Assembly (NCBI GenBank): GCA_963793825.1
Contig: CAWCBE010000009.1
Span: forward strand, 11,356 to 75,355
Source: an uncultured Actinomycetes bacterium
GTDB taxonomy: Bacteria > Actinomycetota > Actinomycetes > Streptosporangiales > Streptosporangiaceae
Reading direction: 5' to 3'
DNA length: 64,000 nucleotides
The notes under the pieces were generated by a model. It made no database searches, was not told where the DNA came from, and was given only the letters and a program-made list of their open reading frames with translations. The translations under genes were made by a program, and so were the position numbers. The number at the start of each line of letters is the position of its first letter. Position 1 is the stretch's first letter. Positions 46,932-56,263 of this stretch are shown here, piece after piece.

Positions 46932-48454
46932 GCACCGGCGCCGCGGAGCCCCCGGTGCCGCAGCCGGGAGATACCACCGCTCCAGGCCGCCCCGGGTTCG
47001 GCTGGTCCGCCACGGAGATACGCCGGGTCAGCCACCAGGTCGCCGATATGGTCGCCGACTACCTGGCCGGGCTGCCGGACGGTCCGGTCTACCAGCCGCC
47101 GCCCGCGGACCTGGTGGCCGCCTGGCGCCGCGCGGAGTGGCCGGACCACGGCATCCCGGCCGACACCCTGCTGGCCGAGTTCGCCGCGGACATCGCCCGG
47201 TACCCGTTCGGCAACGGCCACCCCCGGTTCGCCGCCTGGGTCAACTCGCCCCCGCATCCGCTGGGCGTGCTCGCCGAGGCTCTCGCGGCGGCGATGGATC
47301 CGAGTGTGGCCGGCGGCAACCACGCCGCTGTGCACCTGGAGCACCAGGTAGTCCGGTGGTTCGCAGACCTGCTGGGCTGGCCCGCTGGGTACGCGGGCCA
47401 GCTGGTCAGCGGCGGGTCGGCGGCGACACTGACCGCGCTCGCGGTGGCCCGGCACCGGGCGGCCGCGCGGGCCGGCCTCGATGACCGGGCTGATGGGCTG
47501 GCCGGCGCCGGTGACCGGCTGGTGCTGTACACCGGGACCGAGACGCACAGCTGCGTGACCAAGGCCGCCGAACTGCTCGGCCTCGGCTCGGCCCGGATCC
47601 GGGTGGCCGGCTCGGACGCCCGGCACCGGATGCGCCCGGATGAGCTGGAAGAGCTGATCCGGGCCGACCGGGCCGCCGGGAAGATCGCCGTGGCGGTGGC
47701 GGCGACCGCCGGGACGGTCAACACCGGGGCCGTCAACCCGCTGCCGGAGATCGCCGCCGTGTGCGCCCGGCACCGGGTCTGGCTGCACGTGGACGCCGCG
47801 TACGGCGGCCCCGCGGTCATGCTGCTGCCCGGCTACGCGGCCGCCCGGGGCGGCCTGGCCCAGGCGGACAGCCTCGGGCTAGACGCGCACAAGTGGCTGT
47901 ACGCCCCGGTGGACGCCGGGCTGGTGCTGGTCCGCGACGGCGGGGCGGCCCGCGACACGTTCAGCCTGGTCCCGCCGTACCTGCGCACCGGCGGCGATGA
48001 GGACGGGCTGGGCGGCCCGCCGTGGTTCTCCGAGTACGGCCTGGAGCAGACCCGCCCGTTCCGCGCGCTCAAGGTGTGGCTGCAACTGCGCCACCTCGGC
48101 CGGGCGGGCTACCGGGACCTGATTGCCCGGGACCTCGCGCTGGCCGCCCGGCTGCGCCGCACGCTGGCCCGGGCCGGCGACTTCGAGGTGCTGGGCAGCG
48201 GGCTGAGCGTGGTCTGCTTCCGGCACCGCCCGCCCGGCCTTGGCGACGAGGAGCTGGACGCGCACAACCAGGCGCTGCTGGCCGCCGTCCAGCTGGGCGG
48301 CCGCGCGTTCCTGGCCGGCACCCGGGTGGACGGCGCGTTCGCCCTCCGCGCCTGCCTGGTGAACCCGCTGATGACCGCGGCCGACCTGGACGCGATCCTC
48401 GCCGACCTCCGCACCCGCGCCCAGGCGGTCAGCGGCGGCCGAGGAGGCGGCTGA
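46913..48454 (+). CDS. Group II PLP-dependent decarboxylase (aromatic-L-amino-acid / glutamate decarboxylase family)
   Basis: 513-aa track ORF. ...SGGSAATLTALAVAR...HVDAAYGG...LDAHKWLYAP (PLP-lysine HK). The start is uncertain. Confidence 0.8.
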   Translation: MTPPGAGTGAAEPPVPQPGDTTAPGRPGFGWSATEIRRVSHQVADMVADYLAGLPDGPVYQPPPADLVAAWRRAEWPDHGIPADTLLAEFAADIARYPFGNGHPRFAAWVNSPPHPLGVLAEALAAAMDPSVAGGNHAAVHLEHQVVRWFADLLGWPAGYAGQLVSGGSAATLTALAVARHRAAARAGLDDRADGLAGAGDRLVLYTGTETHSCVTKAAELLGLGSARIRVAGSDARHRMRPDELEELIRADRAAGKIAVAVAATAGTVNTGAVNPLPEIAAVCARHRVWLHVDAAYGGPAVMLLPGYAAARGGLAQADSLGLDAHKWLYAPVDAGLVLVRDGGAARDTFSLVPPYLRTGGDEDGLGGPPWFSEYGLEQTRPFRALKVWLQLRHLGRAGYRDLIARDLALAARLRRTLARAGDFEVLGSGLSVVCFRHRPPGLGDEELDAHNQALLAAVQLGGRAFLAGTRVDGAFALRACLVNPLMTAADLDAILADLRTRAQAVSGGRGGG

Positions 48455-50747
48455 CGGCCTGGACGGCGCGGCCGAAGTCGGTGCCGAACGGGTTTTCCTG
48501 GACCACGTAGGTCCAGGTGGCGCTGGGCCGCTTCAGCCCGGCGGCGGCCAGGTCGGCCCCGTCCGCGGTGATCGTGGCCGTCTCGAACGTGCCCCGGGCC
48601 CGGTCCCGGACGTCCGCGGAGAACCGGCCGAACAGCCCGGTCAGCTCGCGGTTGAACTCGTTCACCGGGTTCAGTGAGCCGCCGAACGGGTTCGGGCCGT
48701 GCCCGAGGGACCGCAGGTGGATGCCCTCGCGGAGGTCGGCCGCCTGGGCCAGGTACTCCGACCAGGCCCGGTCCAGGTGCGACAGGGTGATCTGCCGGGC
48801 CGCCTCGGCCAGCACCTCCCCGGGCACCGTGGCGCGCAGTTCCTTGACTCGTTCCGGGACGGACCCGGCCAGGTCGGCCAGCGCGGCATCGGTGCGCAGC
48901 ACCTGGTCACGGTAGGCCAGCACGGCCCGCCGCTGGTCCTCCAGCAGCGCGGTGTACCGCCAGGTGTCCCGGTGGATCTGCAGGTGCACGCCCTCGGCCA
49001 CCCGCTGCGCGTGGCCGACGGTCCAGTGCGCTCTCGCGTCGTGCACCTGGCCGTCCTCATCCACCTGAGCCGGCGGTTCGGCGTCCGGAACGCAGGAGGT
49101 GATCAGCTCGTCCTCCATGCTGAGGAAGAACGCCGAGCCGCCCGGGTCGCCCTGGCGCCCGGACCGCCCGCGCAGCTGATGGTCGAGCCGGCTGCTGGCG
49201 TGCCGCCCGGCCCCGATCACCAGCAGCCCGCCGAGCGCGGCCACCTCGTCCCCGTCACCGCCGGTCCCGCCGAGCCGGATGTCGGTCCCCCGCCCCGCCA
49301 TCTGGGTGGACACCGTGATGGCGCCGCGTGCCCCGGCCTCGGCGACGATGGCCGCCTCGTCGGCATCGTTCTTGGCGTTGAGCACCACGCACGGCAGCCC
49401 GGCCTCATGGAGCCGGCTGGCCAGCCGCTCGGACTCCGCCACGGCGAGAGTGCCGAGCAGCACCGGGCGCCCGGCGGCGTGGGCCAGCGCCACCTCCCCG
49501 GCGACCGCGGCCTCCTTCTGCTCGGCGGTCCGGTAGAGCCGGTCCGGCTCGTCCTCCCGGATGCAGGGCCGGTTGGGCGGGATCACGGCCACTTCCAGGC
49601 CATAGAACTCACGCAGCTGCTCGCCGACCGCGACCGCCGTGCCGGTCATCCCGCACGCCACCGGGTACCGCCGGACCAGCGACTGGATCGTGATGCTGTC
49701 CAGGATCTCGCCGCTGTCGGTGCGCCGCAGGCCCTCCTTGGCCTCCACCGCCGCCTGCAGGCCGTCCGGCCAGCGCTGCAGCCGGGCGACCCGGCCCCGG
49801 GACGCGCTGACCAGCTGGACCCGGTCCTCCCGGACGATGTAGTCGACATCCCGCTGCAGCAGCGCCTCGGCGTGCAGCGCCACGTTCAGCCTGGTCAGCA
49901 GGTCCAGGCTGCCCTCGGCATACAGGTTGACGCCGCCCAGGGCCTGCTCGGCGAGGCGGGTCCCGGCCTCGGTCAGGTAGACGTTGCGGCGCTCGTCGTC
50001 CACCTCGTAGTGCAGCCGGGGCAGCAGGCGGCCGACGATCCGCGCCATGTCCTCCCCGGGGTCGGCGGCGCCGGCCGAGCCGGCCAGCACCAGCGGGATC
50101 AGCGCCTCATCGACCAGCACCGAGTCGGCCTCGTCGATGAGCACCACGTCCGGCTCGGTGGTGACCATGTCGGCGGGCCCGACGGCGAGCCGGTCGCGGA
50201 GCACGTCGAAGCCGAGCTCGTTGGCTGATGCGTAGCAGATGTCCGCGGCGTAGGCCTGCCGCCGCTCCTCCGGCGTGCTGGCCTGCCCGATCCAGCCGGT
50301 GCTCACGCCGAGCAGGTCGTAGACCGGCCGCATCCATTCCGCGTCCCGGCGGGCCAGGTAGTCGTTGACCGACATCACCTGGACCCGGTGCCCGCGGCGC
50401 GCGTAGCCTGCCGCGGCCAGCGCGCCGGACAGCGTCTTGCCCTCCCCGGTGGCCATCTCGGCGACCTGGCCAGCCAGCAGGGCCATGGTGCCCAGCAGCT
50501 GGACGTCGAAGGGACGTTCGCCGAGCGCCCGGCGGCCCGCCTCCCGGCCGGTGGCGCAGATTTCCGCGTCGCCGGTCATCTCCCGCGCCGCCACCGTGAG
50601 GTCCGCGTCGCTCAGCGCGCGCAGCGCGGGTTCCCGCGCCTCGATGCCGGGCAGCAGCGCGGCGTAGCCGTCCAGGCTGGCCGAGCCGGGCTTCTGCAGG
50701 AAGCGGCGCACCCGGGACCGCAGCCCGGTCACCCGCACGCTCCGCAC
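48429..50747 (-). CDS. secA2: Accessory Sec-system translocase SecA2-like ATPase
   Basis: 772-aa track ORF. AEMATGEGKTL (Walker A), VLIDEADSVLVDEA (DEAD-like), TQMAGRGTDI. It is short relative to SecA1 and lacks a C-terminal zinc tail. Confidence 0.8.
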   Translation of the reverse strand: MRSVRVTGLRSRVRRFLQKPGSASLDGYAALLPGIEAREPALRALSDADLTVAAREMTGDAEICATGREAGRRALGERPFDVQLLGTMALLAGQVAEMATGEGKTLSGALAAAGYARRGHRVQVMSVNDYLARRDAEWMRPVYDLLGVSTGWIGQASTPEERRQAYAADICYASANELGFDVLRDRLAVGPADMVTTEPDVVLIDEADSVLVDEALIPLVLAGSAGAADPGEDMARIVGRLLPRLHYEVDDERRNVYLTEAGTRLAEQALGGVNLYAEGSLDLLTRLNVALHAEALLQRDVDYIVREDRVQLVSASRGRVARLQRWPDGLQAAVEAKEGLRRTDSGEILDSITIQSLVRRYPVACGMTGTAVAVGEQLREFYGLEVAVIPPNRPCIREDEPDRLYRTAEQKEAAVAGEVALAHAAGRPVLLGTLAVAESERLASRLHEAGLPCVVLNAKNDADEAAIVAEAGARGAITVSTQMAGRGTDIRLGGTGGDGDEVAALGGLLVIGAGRHASSRLDHQLRGRSGRQGDPGGSAFFLSMEDELITSCVPDAEPPAQVDEDGQVHDARAHWTVGHAQRVAEGVHLQIHRDTWRYTALLEDQRRAVLAYRDQVLRTDAALADLAGSVPERVKELRATVPGEVLAEAARQITLSHLDRAWSEYLAQAADLREGIHLRSLGHGPNPFGGSLNPVNEFNRELTGLFGRFSADVRDRARGTFETATITADGADLAAAGLKRPSATWTYVVQENPFGTDFGRAVQAVSRLLGRR

Positions 50748-50852
50748 CGCCGCAAGCAGTCCTCCGTGGTGAGCAAGCGGGCCCGGTCAGGGCCCTGTCC
50801 GACTGCACTCTATAGCCCGCTCACCACCCCGGATCCCGGTGCTGACCTCGCG

Positions 50853-51965
50853 TCACCACCCGGGGACAGGGTCAGTCCGGGGCCGGGGTGGCGTGGTGGC
50901 CGGCGCCGGCTGGGGCCGGGGTGGCGTGGTGGCCGGCGCCGGCCGATCCCGGCCGGCGTGGTGGCCGGCGCCGGCCGATCCCGGGCCGGCGTGGGTCAGC
51001 GCGTCCGCGATCGCCGCGCCCAGCGCCCGGGCCACCGGGGGCGGGAAGGCGTTGCCGACCTGCCGGTAGGCGGCCGTCTTGCGCCCGGAAAACTCCCAGG
51101 AGTCGGGGAAGCCCTGCAGCCGGGCCACCATCCGCACGGTCAGCTTGGGCGGCTGGCTGACCGGGAACAGCGGGCCCGGCGCCTCGTCGCCGAGGCCGAG
51201 GCCGTCCACCCCCAGCAGCCGCCAGGCCGCGCGGGCCCGGGTCGGGCCCAGGTCCGGGCCGCCGTGCTTCTTGCTGCCGCCGACAATCGTCGGCGCGATG
51301 CCGCAGGCGGCGGCCGCCCACTCCCCCGCGCCCGGCCAGCCCCGGGCCGCCATCAGGTCGGCCAGCATCTCGCCGACCATGGGCGGCGGCTCGGGCCGCG
51401 GCTCCGGCCAGCGGAACCAGGCCGCCCACGGCTGCCGCACCGCCACCAGCACGAACCGGGGCCGCAACTGCGGGACCCCGTGCTCACTGGCGTGCACCAC
51501 ATCCCACCAGGTGGCGTAGCCCAGGGCCCGCAGCTGCTCCAGCACCTGGCTGCGGTAGCCGTCGAACCGGCGGGCGGCGAGGCCACGCACGTTCTCCAGC
51601 AGCACCGCCCGCGGCCGGATCTCCGCCACCAGCCGGAGCGCCTGCGGGAACAGGTCGCGCTCGTCGTCGCTGCCCAGCTGTTTCCCGGCGATGGAGAACG
51701 GCGGGCAGGGCACGCCGCCGGCGAACAGGTCCACGCCTGCGAAGGCGCGGCCGTCCACGTTGGCCACATCGCCCTCGATTACCTTCCACTCCCGGTTGCG
51801 GCGCAGCGTCTCGCACGCGGCCGGGTCGAGCTCGACCACGGCCTCGTGGCGGAAGCCCGCCTGCTCCAGGCCGAGCGCCTGCCCCCCGGCTCCGGCGCAG
51901 ATCTCCAGCGAGGTCAGCTCGTGCACTGCATGTCCCTCATGCCCACCGCGGCCTCCAGCGCTCAT
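50853..51965 (-). CDS. dcm: DNA (cytosine-5)-methyltransferase
   Basis: 370-aa track ORF. Motif I LEICAGAGG, motif IV GGVPCPPFS, motif VI LLENV, motif VIII QLRPRFVLVA, motif X QVGNAFPPPVA. The repetitive C-terminal tail PAPATTPPRP occurs twice. Confidence 0.9.
   Translation of the reverse strand: MSAGGRGGHEGHAVHELTSLEICAGAGGQALGLEQAGFRHEAVVELDPAACETLRRNREWKVIEGDVANVDGRAFAGVDLFAGGVPCPPFSIAGKQLGSDDERDLFPQALRLVAEIRPRAVLLENVRGLAARRFDGYRSQVLEQLRALGYATWWDVVHASEHGVPQLRPRFVLVAVRQPWAAWFRWPEPRPEPPPMVGEMLADLMAARGWPGAGEWAAAACGIAPTIVGGSKKHGGPDLGPTRARAAWRLLGVDGLGLGDEAPGPLFPVSQPPKLTVRMVARLQGFPDSWEFSGRKTAAYRQVGNAFPPPVARALGAAIADALTHAGPGSAGAGHHAGRDRPAPATTPPRPQPAPATTPPRPRTDPVPGW
50879..50995. repeat. About 30-33-bp tandem repeats at the 3' end of the methyltransferase gene
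   Basis: ggggccggggtggcgtggtggccggcgccggc appears twice, followed by gatcccgg(g)ccggcgtgg twice. Confidence 0.8.
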
Positions 51966-52000
51966 CTATCCGCCGATTGTGCCCGGCGGCCCCGACAGTT

Positions 52001-52060
52001 CGGCTGTCCCACGCCGTCATCCGCTGTCCCACGCCGTCATCCGCTGTCCCAGGCCGTCAC
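52001..52060. repeat. 20-bp direct repeat x3 (c(g/c)gctgtccca(c/g)gccgtca(t/c)) between the endonuclease and methyltransferase genes
   Basis: Direct reading. The third unit contains the endonuclease stop (52057-59). The array lies 36-95 bp upstream of the first possible methyltransferase start. Confidence 0.9.
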
Positions 52061-52818
52061 CACGAGGCCAGCGTGTCGGTCAGCAGCTCATAACTGAGCA
52101 CCCGGCGCTGCCCGGTCACTTCGTGCCAGGCATCCGCCTGCTCCCCGTTCGCGTGCTCGGCCACGCTGGCCGCCATCGCGTCGTAGGCGATGTGGTACAC
52201 CGCGTCCACCTCCCCGGTGCCGCGGGCGATCGAGGCCAGCCGGGTCGGCAGCGGCTCCGCGGTCACCGTGACCAGGTGCGGCTGGCGGCCCCGGCGGTGC
52301 CGGATCATCTGCAGGCACTCGTGCCTGATGTTCTGCACCCGGTCGGAGCGGATCGTCCACTTGCAGGACACCGCCGCGTGCAGCGCGGGCAGTCCCGATG
52401 CGGTCCGCACCCGGGCCAGTGACACGGTCACGTCCGGCTTGATCAGGTAGTCCGTGCCCACCGTGACCCGCAGCTCAGGCTCCGCGCGGACCAGGCGGTC
52501 CACCTCGGACAGGTGGGCATACTGGTCGAAGCGGGTGATGACCGCGCCCCGCTCGACCCGCCAGCCGCGGTTCGGGTCCCGGCGCTGCAGGACCCAGCCG
52601 AGGTGGTCACAGACGGCCTGTTCCAGCGGGCCGCCCGGGTCCTTGGGCACATCCGAGACGGCATCCCGGGGCACCGCGAGCCGGTCCAGCACCCCGGCGG
52701 CGATCCGCACCGACTCGATGCTGTCCACATCGGCGAAGTTGGGTACCAGCGCCCAGCCGAGCTTGTTCTTCCCGCTGGGCTTCCAGCCGAGCAAGGTGGT
52801 CGCAAAGGACGCAGTCAC
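52057..52818 (-). CDS. Type II restriction endonuclease of the NgoMIV/Cfr10I/Bse634I (CCGG-core) family
   Basis: C-terminal 254 aa of ORF 52057..53364, from GTG 52818 (GGGGGAG 8 nt upstream). IKPDVTV (PD) and AAVSCKWTIRSDRVQN, that is SxK plus R-S-D-R, which I recall as the CCGG-recognition motif of this family. It sits directly upstream of a C5-methyltransferase. Confidence 0.7.
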   Translation of the reverse strand: MTASFATTLLGWKPSGKNKLGWALVPNFADVDSIESVRIAAGVLDRLAVPRDAVSDVPKDPGGPLEQAVCDHLGWVLQRRDPNRGWRVERGAVITRFDQYAHLSEVDRLVRAEPELRVTVGTDYLIKPDVTVSLARVRTASGLPALHAAVSCKWTIRSDRVQNIRHECLQMIRHRRGRQPHLVTVTAEPLPTRLASIARGTGEVDAVYHIAYDAMAASVAEHANGEQADAWHEVTGQRRVLSYELLTDTLASW

Positions 52819-52933
52819 GGTTTCACTCCCCCAGGCCCCTCGGGCACTGTCACCGTAGCGAGCGGCACTGACGCCGGGGAGGTGATTGTGCCGGCCGTGG
52901 CACGTACCGTGGAACCGGCACGAGGAGGTGCGG

Positions 52934-53821
52934 GTGCAGACGAACCCTGAGGAACTGGACGTCGCGCTGCCGGACGGCAGCCTGCGGGTGCTCCGCTGGG
53001 GCCGCGGGCCGCGCAGCGCGATCGCGGTGCACGGCATTACCGCGTCTGCGGCCTGCTGGCAGCCGGTGGCCCGGGAACTGCCCGCGGACTGGTCATTGTT
53101 CGCGGCCGACCTGCGCGGCCGCGGGCACAGCGCCGGGCTGCCTGGCCCGTACGGCTTCGGCCGGCACATCGAGGACCTCGCCGCGGCCGCCGGCCAGCTG
53201 GGACTGGACCGCCCGGTCCTGGCCGGGCACTCGCTCGGCGCGTACCTGGCCCTGCTCACCACGTCCGCGCACCCCGGCACCTTCGGCGGGCTGCTGCTGG
53301 TGGACGGCGGCCTGCCGCTGGCCGTCCCGGAGGGAGTGGATCTCGACGCCCTGCTGGACGCCACCCTGGGCCCGGCCCTGGCCCGGCTCCGGGAGACCTA
53401 CCCGGACACGGAGGCGTACTTCGACTTCTGGCGGGTCCACCCGGCGTTCTCCGGCGCCTGGAACAGCGACATCGAGGACTACCTGCGCTACGACCTGACC
53501 GGCCCCGAGGGTGCGTTGAGGTCACGGGTCTGTGAGCAAGCCGCCCGCGCGGACGGCCGTGAGCTGCTCGGCAGCGGCGCCCAGGTCGGCACGGCGCTGC
53601 GCGCCCTGACCGCCCCGACCCGGCTGCTCCGGGCACCGGCCGGGATGTTCGACCAGCCGCCCGGCCTGCTGCCGCCCGAGGTGTGCGAGACGTGGCTGGC
53701 CCAGGCGCCGATGCTCACCGTGGAGACGCTGCCCGGGGTCAATCACTACACGATCATCCTGGACCCGGCCTCCGCGGCCATCGTGGCCGCCCGGCTCACC
53801 GAGGCGGCGGTCCCGGCCTGA
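52934..53821 (+). CDS. Alpha/beta-fold hydrolase
   Basis: GTG 52934 (GGAGGTG upstream) in ORF 52886..53821. AVHGITASA..., nucleophile elbow GHSLGA, C-terminal VNHYTI. Confidence 0.8.
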   Translation: MQTNPEELDVALPDGSLRVLRWGRGPRSAIAVHGITASAACWQPVARELPADWSLFAADLRGRGHSAGLPGPYGFGRHIEDLAAAAGQLGLDRPVLAGHSLGAYLALLTTSAHPGTFGGLLLVDGGLPLAVPEGVDLDALLDATLGPALARLRETYPDTEAYFDFWRVHPAFSGAWNSDIEDYLRYDLTGPEGALRSRVCEQAARADGRELLGSGAQVGTALRALTAPTRLLRAPAGMFDQPPGLLPPEVCETWLAQAPMLTVETLPGVNHYTIILDPASAAIVAARLTEAAVPA

Positions 53822-54001
53822 GCCCGGGCCGGATGGCCTGGGCGCTCCTGGCGCATCAGGTCCGCGCCCCGTCTCGCCGAGCAGAAGGTGACGGGAGAGC
53901 CCGTCCAGGGGACGACGCGGGCTGCTCAGCAGCCGACTCACTGGCGGATGAGGACGATGCGGATGCGGCCGGAGGTTGACGAGGGCAGTGGTACTGGCTC
54001 G

Positions 54002-54223
54002 TCAATGGCGTGGCCGGTGCTGCTCGATGAGCTCATGGAGCGCAGCGAGACGCGTCTCAGCGTCCAGGGCGGCCTCTGCTTTGAGGCACTCGAGCTGCCG
54101 CTCAATGCGCTGTAGCCGGGGCCCGATGTTGGCGGCGATCTCCTGGCGCAAGAAGCGCGCACAGATCGCCATGCCCCCCAGGAGACCCATGAGTACGCCG
54201 ATGAGGATGCCCATCAGAACCAC
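54002..54223 (-). CDS. Possible small single-pass membrane / coiled-coil protein
   Basis: 73-aa track ORF: MVLMGILIGVLMGLLGGMAICARF followed by a helical charged tail. The RBS is weak and I recognise no homology. Confidence 0.3.
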   Translation of the reverse strand: MVLMGILIGVLMGLLGGMAICARFLRQEIAANIGPRLQRIERQLECLKAEAALDAETRLAALHELIEQHRPRH

Positions 54224-54938
54224 CGCCTGCCAGGATGTGACACCTACTGACTAGGATCTCATACCGGTGGCATGTGCCATAGGCTTGTGACAAGATTCTT
54301 ACTGTCTCCGAAGTATCGCTTGCTCGCTTACATCACCGCATCCTGGCGTGCATAGCAGCAGCTAGCTGGCCTACGTTGGCCGCCCCTTGAGACGCCTGAG
54401 ACCTGGGAGGCGTCCCACGAAGTGCTGGCTGCCGTTATGCACATGTCAAATGCGCATGCTTCTGGCATGCACTCGGTGGCGACACTGGATGGGAGGCGAG
54501 CCCTGACATGCCGGGAGCAGGACAGGGGCCCGTCGCGCTGGGCCGTCCCCGTGCGGCCTGGCCCCAGCACCGACCCGCTTCGCGGCCATCGCCGCCAGCG
54601 ACAGCGAAGAGTGCCGCTTGGCAGCATGCGTGACCGATGGCATGTGCCAGCGCTGGGGAGGGATCCACCCATCAACATCGTCCGCGAGAGACCGCGGCCA
54701 AAAGTTCCGGCATGACCGCGACGAGCGGCAACGCTGCTGGTCAACGACCACTTCATTACGTTTGCCCGACGCCCAACCCAGCGGGCCATGGTGCCCGCGA
54801 ACTCGTGTAGCATGACGCGCACGTATCGTCGTGGCACCTGCCAATGGCGATATCCTCAGGCATAATCAGGCGACGATGGCGTCCCGGTCTGTGCAAGCTC
54901 CGGCGCTACGTCCGGATAGCGTTCGCGGAGGGGCGCCA

Positions 54939-55787
54939 ATGGCCGAGGCAAACCCGACGGTGCGCCAGCGCCAGGTTGGCGCCCGCTTGCGCCAGCTTCG
55001 TACCAGCCTGGGCCGGACGGTCGAGGACGTGGCCGGTGAGCTACTTTGCTCACCCACGAAGATAAGCCGGCTTGAGACGGGTGCACGTCCCGCCAACCTG
55101 CGGGATGTTCGGGACCTCTGCCGGATCTATGGCGTGACCGAGCAGGAAACCGACGCCCTGATGAGCCTCGCCCGTCAGGCACGTGAGCCCAGCTGGTGGA
55201 CCCAATACGAAGATCTTAATCTCTCGCCGTACATTGGCTTTGAGCATGATTCAACCAGTATTACGGCTTTTTCGATGTACTGGGTGCCAGCCTTGCTCCA
55301 GACGGCTGGCTATGCGCGTGCAGTGATCACGGGCATAGCGCCGAAGATCGACCCCTCCATACTTGAGCAGCGCATAGAGGTCCGGCTTCGGCGCCAGCAG
55401 ATCCTGGACCGGGAAACGCCTCCTCGCTACCGGGCACTCCTGGACGAGGCGGTGCTGCATCGCCAGGTAGGCGGACCAGGCGTCATGGGCGAGCAACTGG
55501 ACAAAATTCTCCAGCTTGCGCGCGATGAAAAGGCGATTATCCAGGTCATCCCGTTCGATGCCGGGGCCCACGCCAGCGCCGACAGTAATTTTGAACTCTT
55601 GGAATTCAGCGATACGTCACTTCCCTCGATCGTTTTCGTCGAGGGCCTGTACAGCAACCTGTACCAGGAGAGGCAGGCAGAAGTCCTCCGTTACCGTGAG
55701 GCAATTGAGCGCCTTCGCGACGAGGCCCTTACGCCACGCGAGTCATCGAACTTTATCGCGAATATCAGGAAATTGCGCGCTGCCTAG
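54939..55787 (+). CDS. XRE-family HTH regulator with a DUF5753-type C-terminal domain (WhiJ/Scr1-like)
   Basis: ATG 54939 in ORF 54831..55787. VGARLRQLRTSLGRTVEDVAGELLCSPTKISRLETGAR... then SWWTQYEDL...FEHDSTSITAFSMYWVPALLQT.GYARAV. A/T-ending codons are noticeably frequent. Confidence 0.85.
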   Translation: MAEANPTVRQRQVGARLRQLRTSLGRTVEDVAGELLCSPTKISRLETGARPANLRDVRDLCRIYGVTEQETDALMSLARQAREPSWWTQYEDLNLSPYIGFEHDSTSITAFSMYWVPALLQTAGYARAVITGIAPKIDPSILEQRIEVRLRRQQILDRETPPRYRALLDEAVLHRQVGGPGVMGEQLDKILQLARDEKAIIQVIPFDAGAHASADSNFELLEFSDTSLPSIVFVEGLYSNLYQERQAEVLRYREAIERLRDEALTPRESSNFIANIRKLRAA

Positions 55788-55835
55788 TAATAGGTCCCTT
55801 TCGGCGTGCCCTTAGGATGGGAGGAAGATAGTCAA

Positions 55836-56048
55836 ATGACATTGGCAGACCCGCTGACCCGGGGGGAGTCCAGTTGGCGCACGGCAGCGAAGTGCGACGG
55901 CGGTGCATGCGTTCAGGTCGCGGCTGCGGGTGAGATGATATTGCTCGGGGACTCCAAGAGTCCCCATGGCCCCACCCTCTCCTATACAAGAGATGAGTGG
56001 GAAGCGTTCGTTTCAGGCATAAAGAACGGTGAGTTCGACACAATCTGA
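55836..56048 (+). CDS. DUF397 domain protein (BldB-like small protein)
   Basis: ATG 55836 (GGGAGGAAG upstream) in ORF 55806..56048. SSWRTAAKCDGGACVQVAAAGEMILLGDSKSP...SYTRDEWEAFVSGIKNGEFD. Confidence 0.8.
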   Translation: MTLADPLTRGESSWRTAAKCDGGACVQVAAAGEMILLGDSKSPHGPTLSYTRDEWEAFVSGIKNGEFDTI

Positions 56049-56072
56049 GGGTGCCGCGCCGGGAAGGCGCTG

Positions 56073-56107
56073 AGGGGCCGGCCCGCCGGGAGCGGGTCGG
56101 CCCCTCG
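56073..56107 (+). terminator. GC-rich hairpin (15-bp stem with 1 mismatch, 5-nt loop) after the first DUF397 gene
   Basis: gaggggccggcccgc-cggga-gcgggtcggcccctc. There is no clear T-tract. Confidence 0.45.
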
Positions 56108-56263
56108 ACCGTTGGGTAGGCAAGCCACATCGATAGCTTGTGCACCACAGGCAACTTTGGCCTCTCGACTCGCATATGACGATTAGCCTACGGCGACTTC
56201 CTAGCTATAATCAATTCCGAGAGCTGATCTTGCTATAGCTGTCGATCACCCTGGGAGGGCGCG

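Noticed and set aside
54250-54830. An intact divergent gene (for example an anti-sigma-like ATPase) upstream of the XRE regulator. Track ORFs 54328..54837, 54446..54844 and 54435..54668 overlap here.
   Set aside because: The three ORFs are mutually overlapping alternative frames. Their composition is Arg/Cys/Trp-rich and implausible for a protein. Only faint, frame-hopping resemblance to the expected family is present, so I report it at most as a possible relic, not as a feature.
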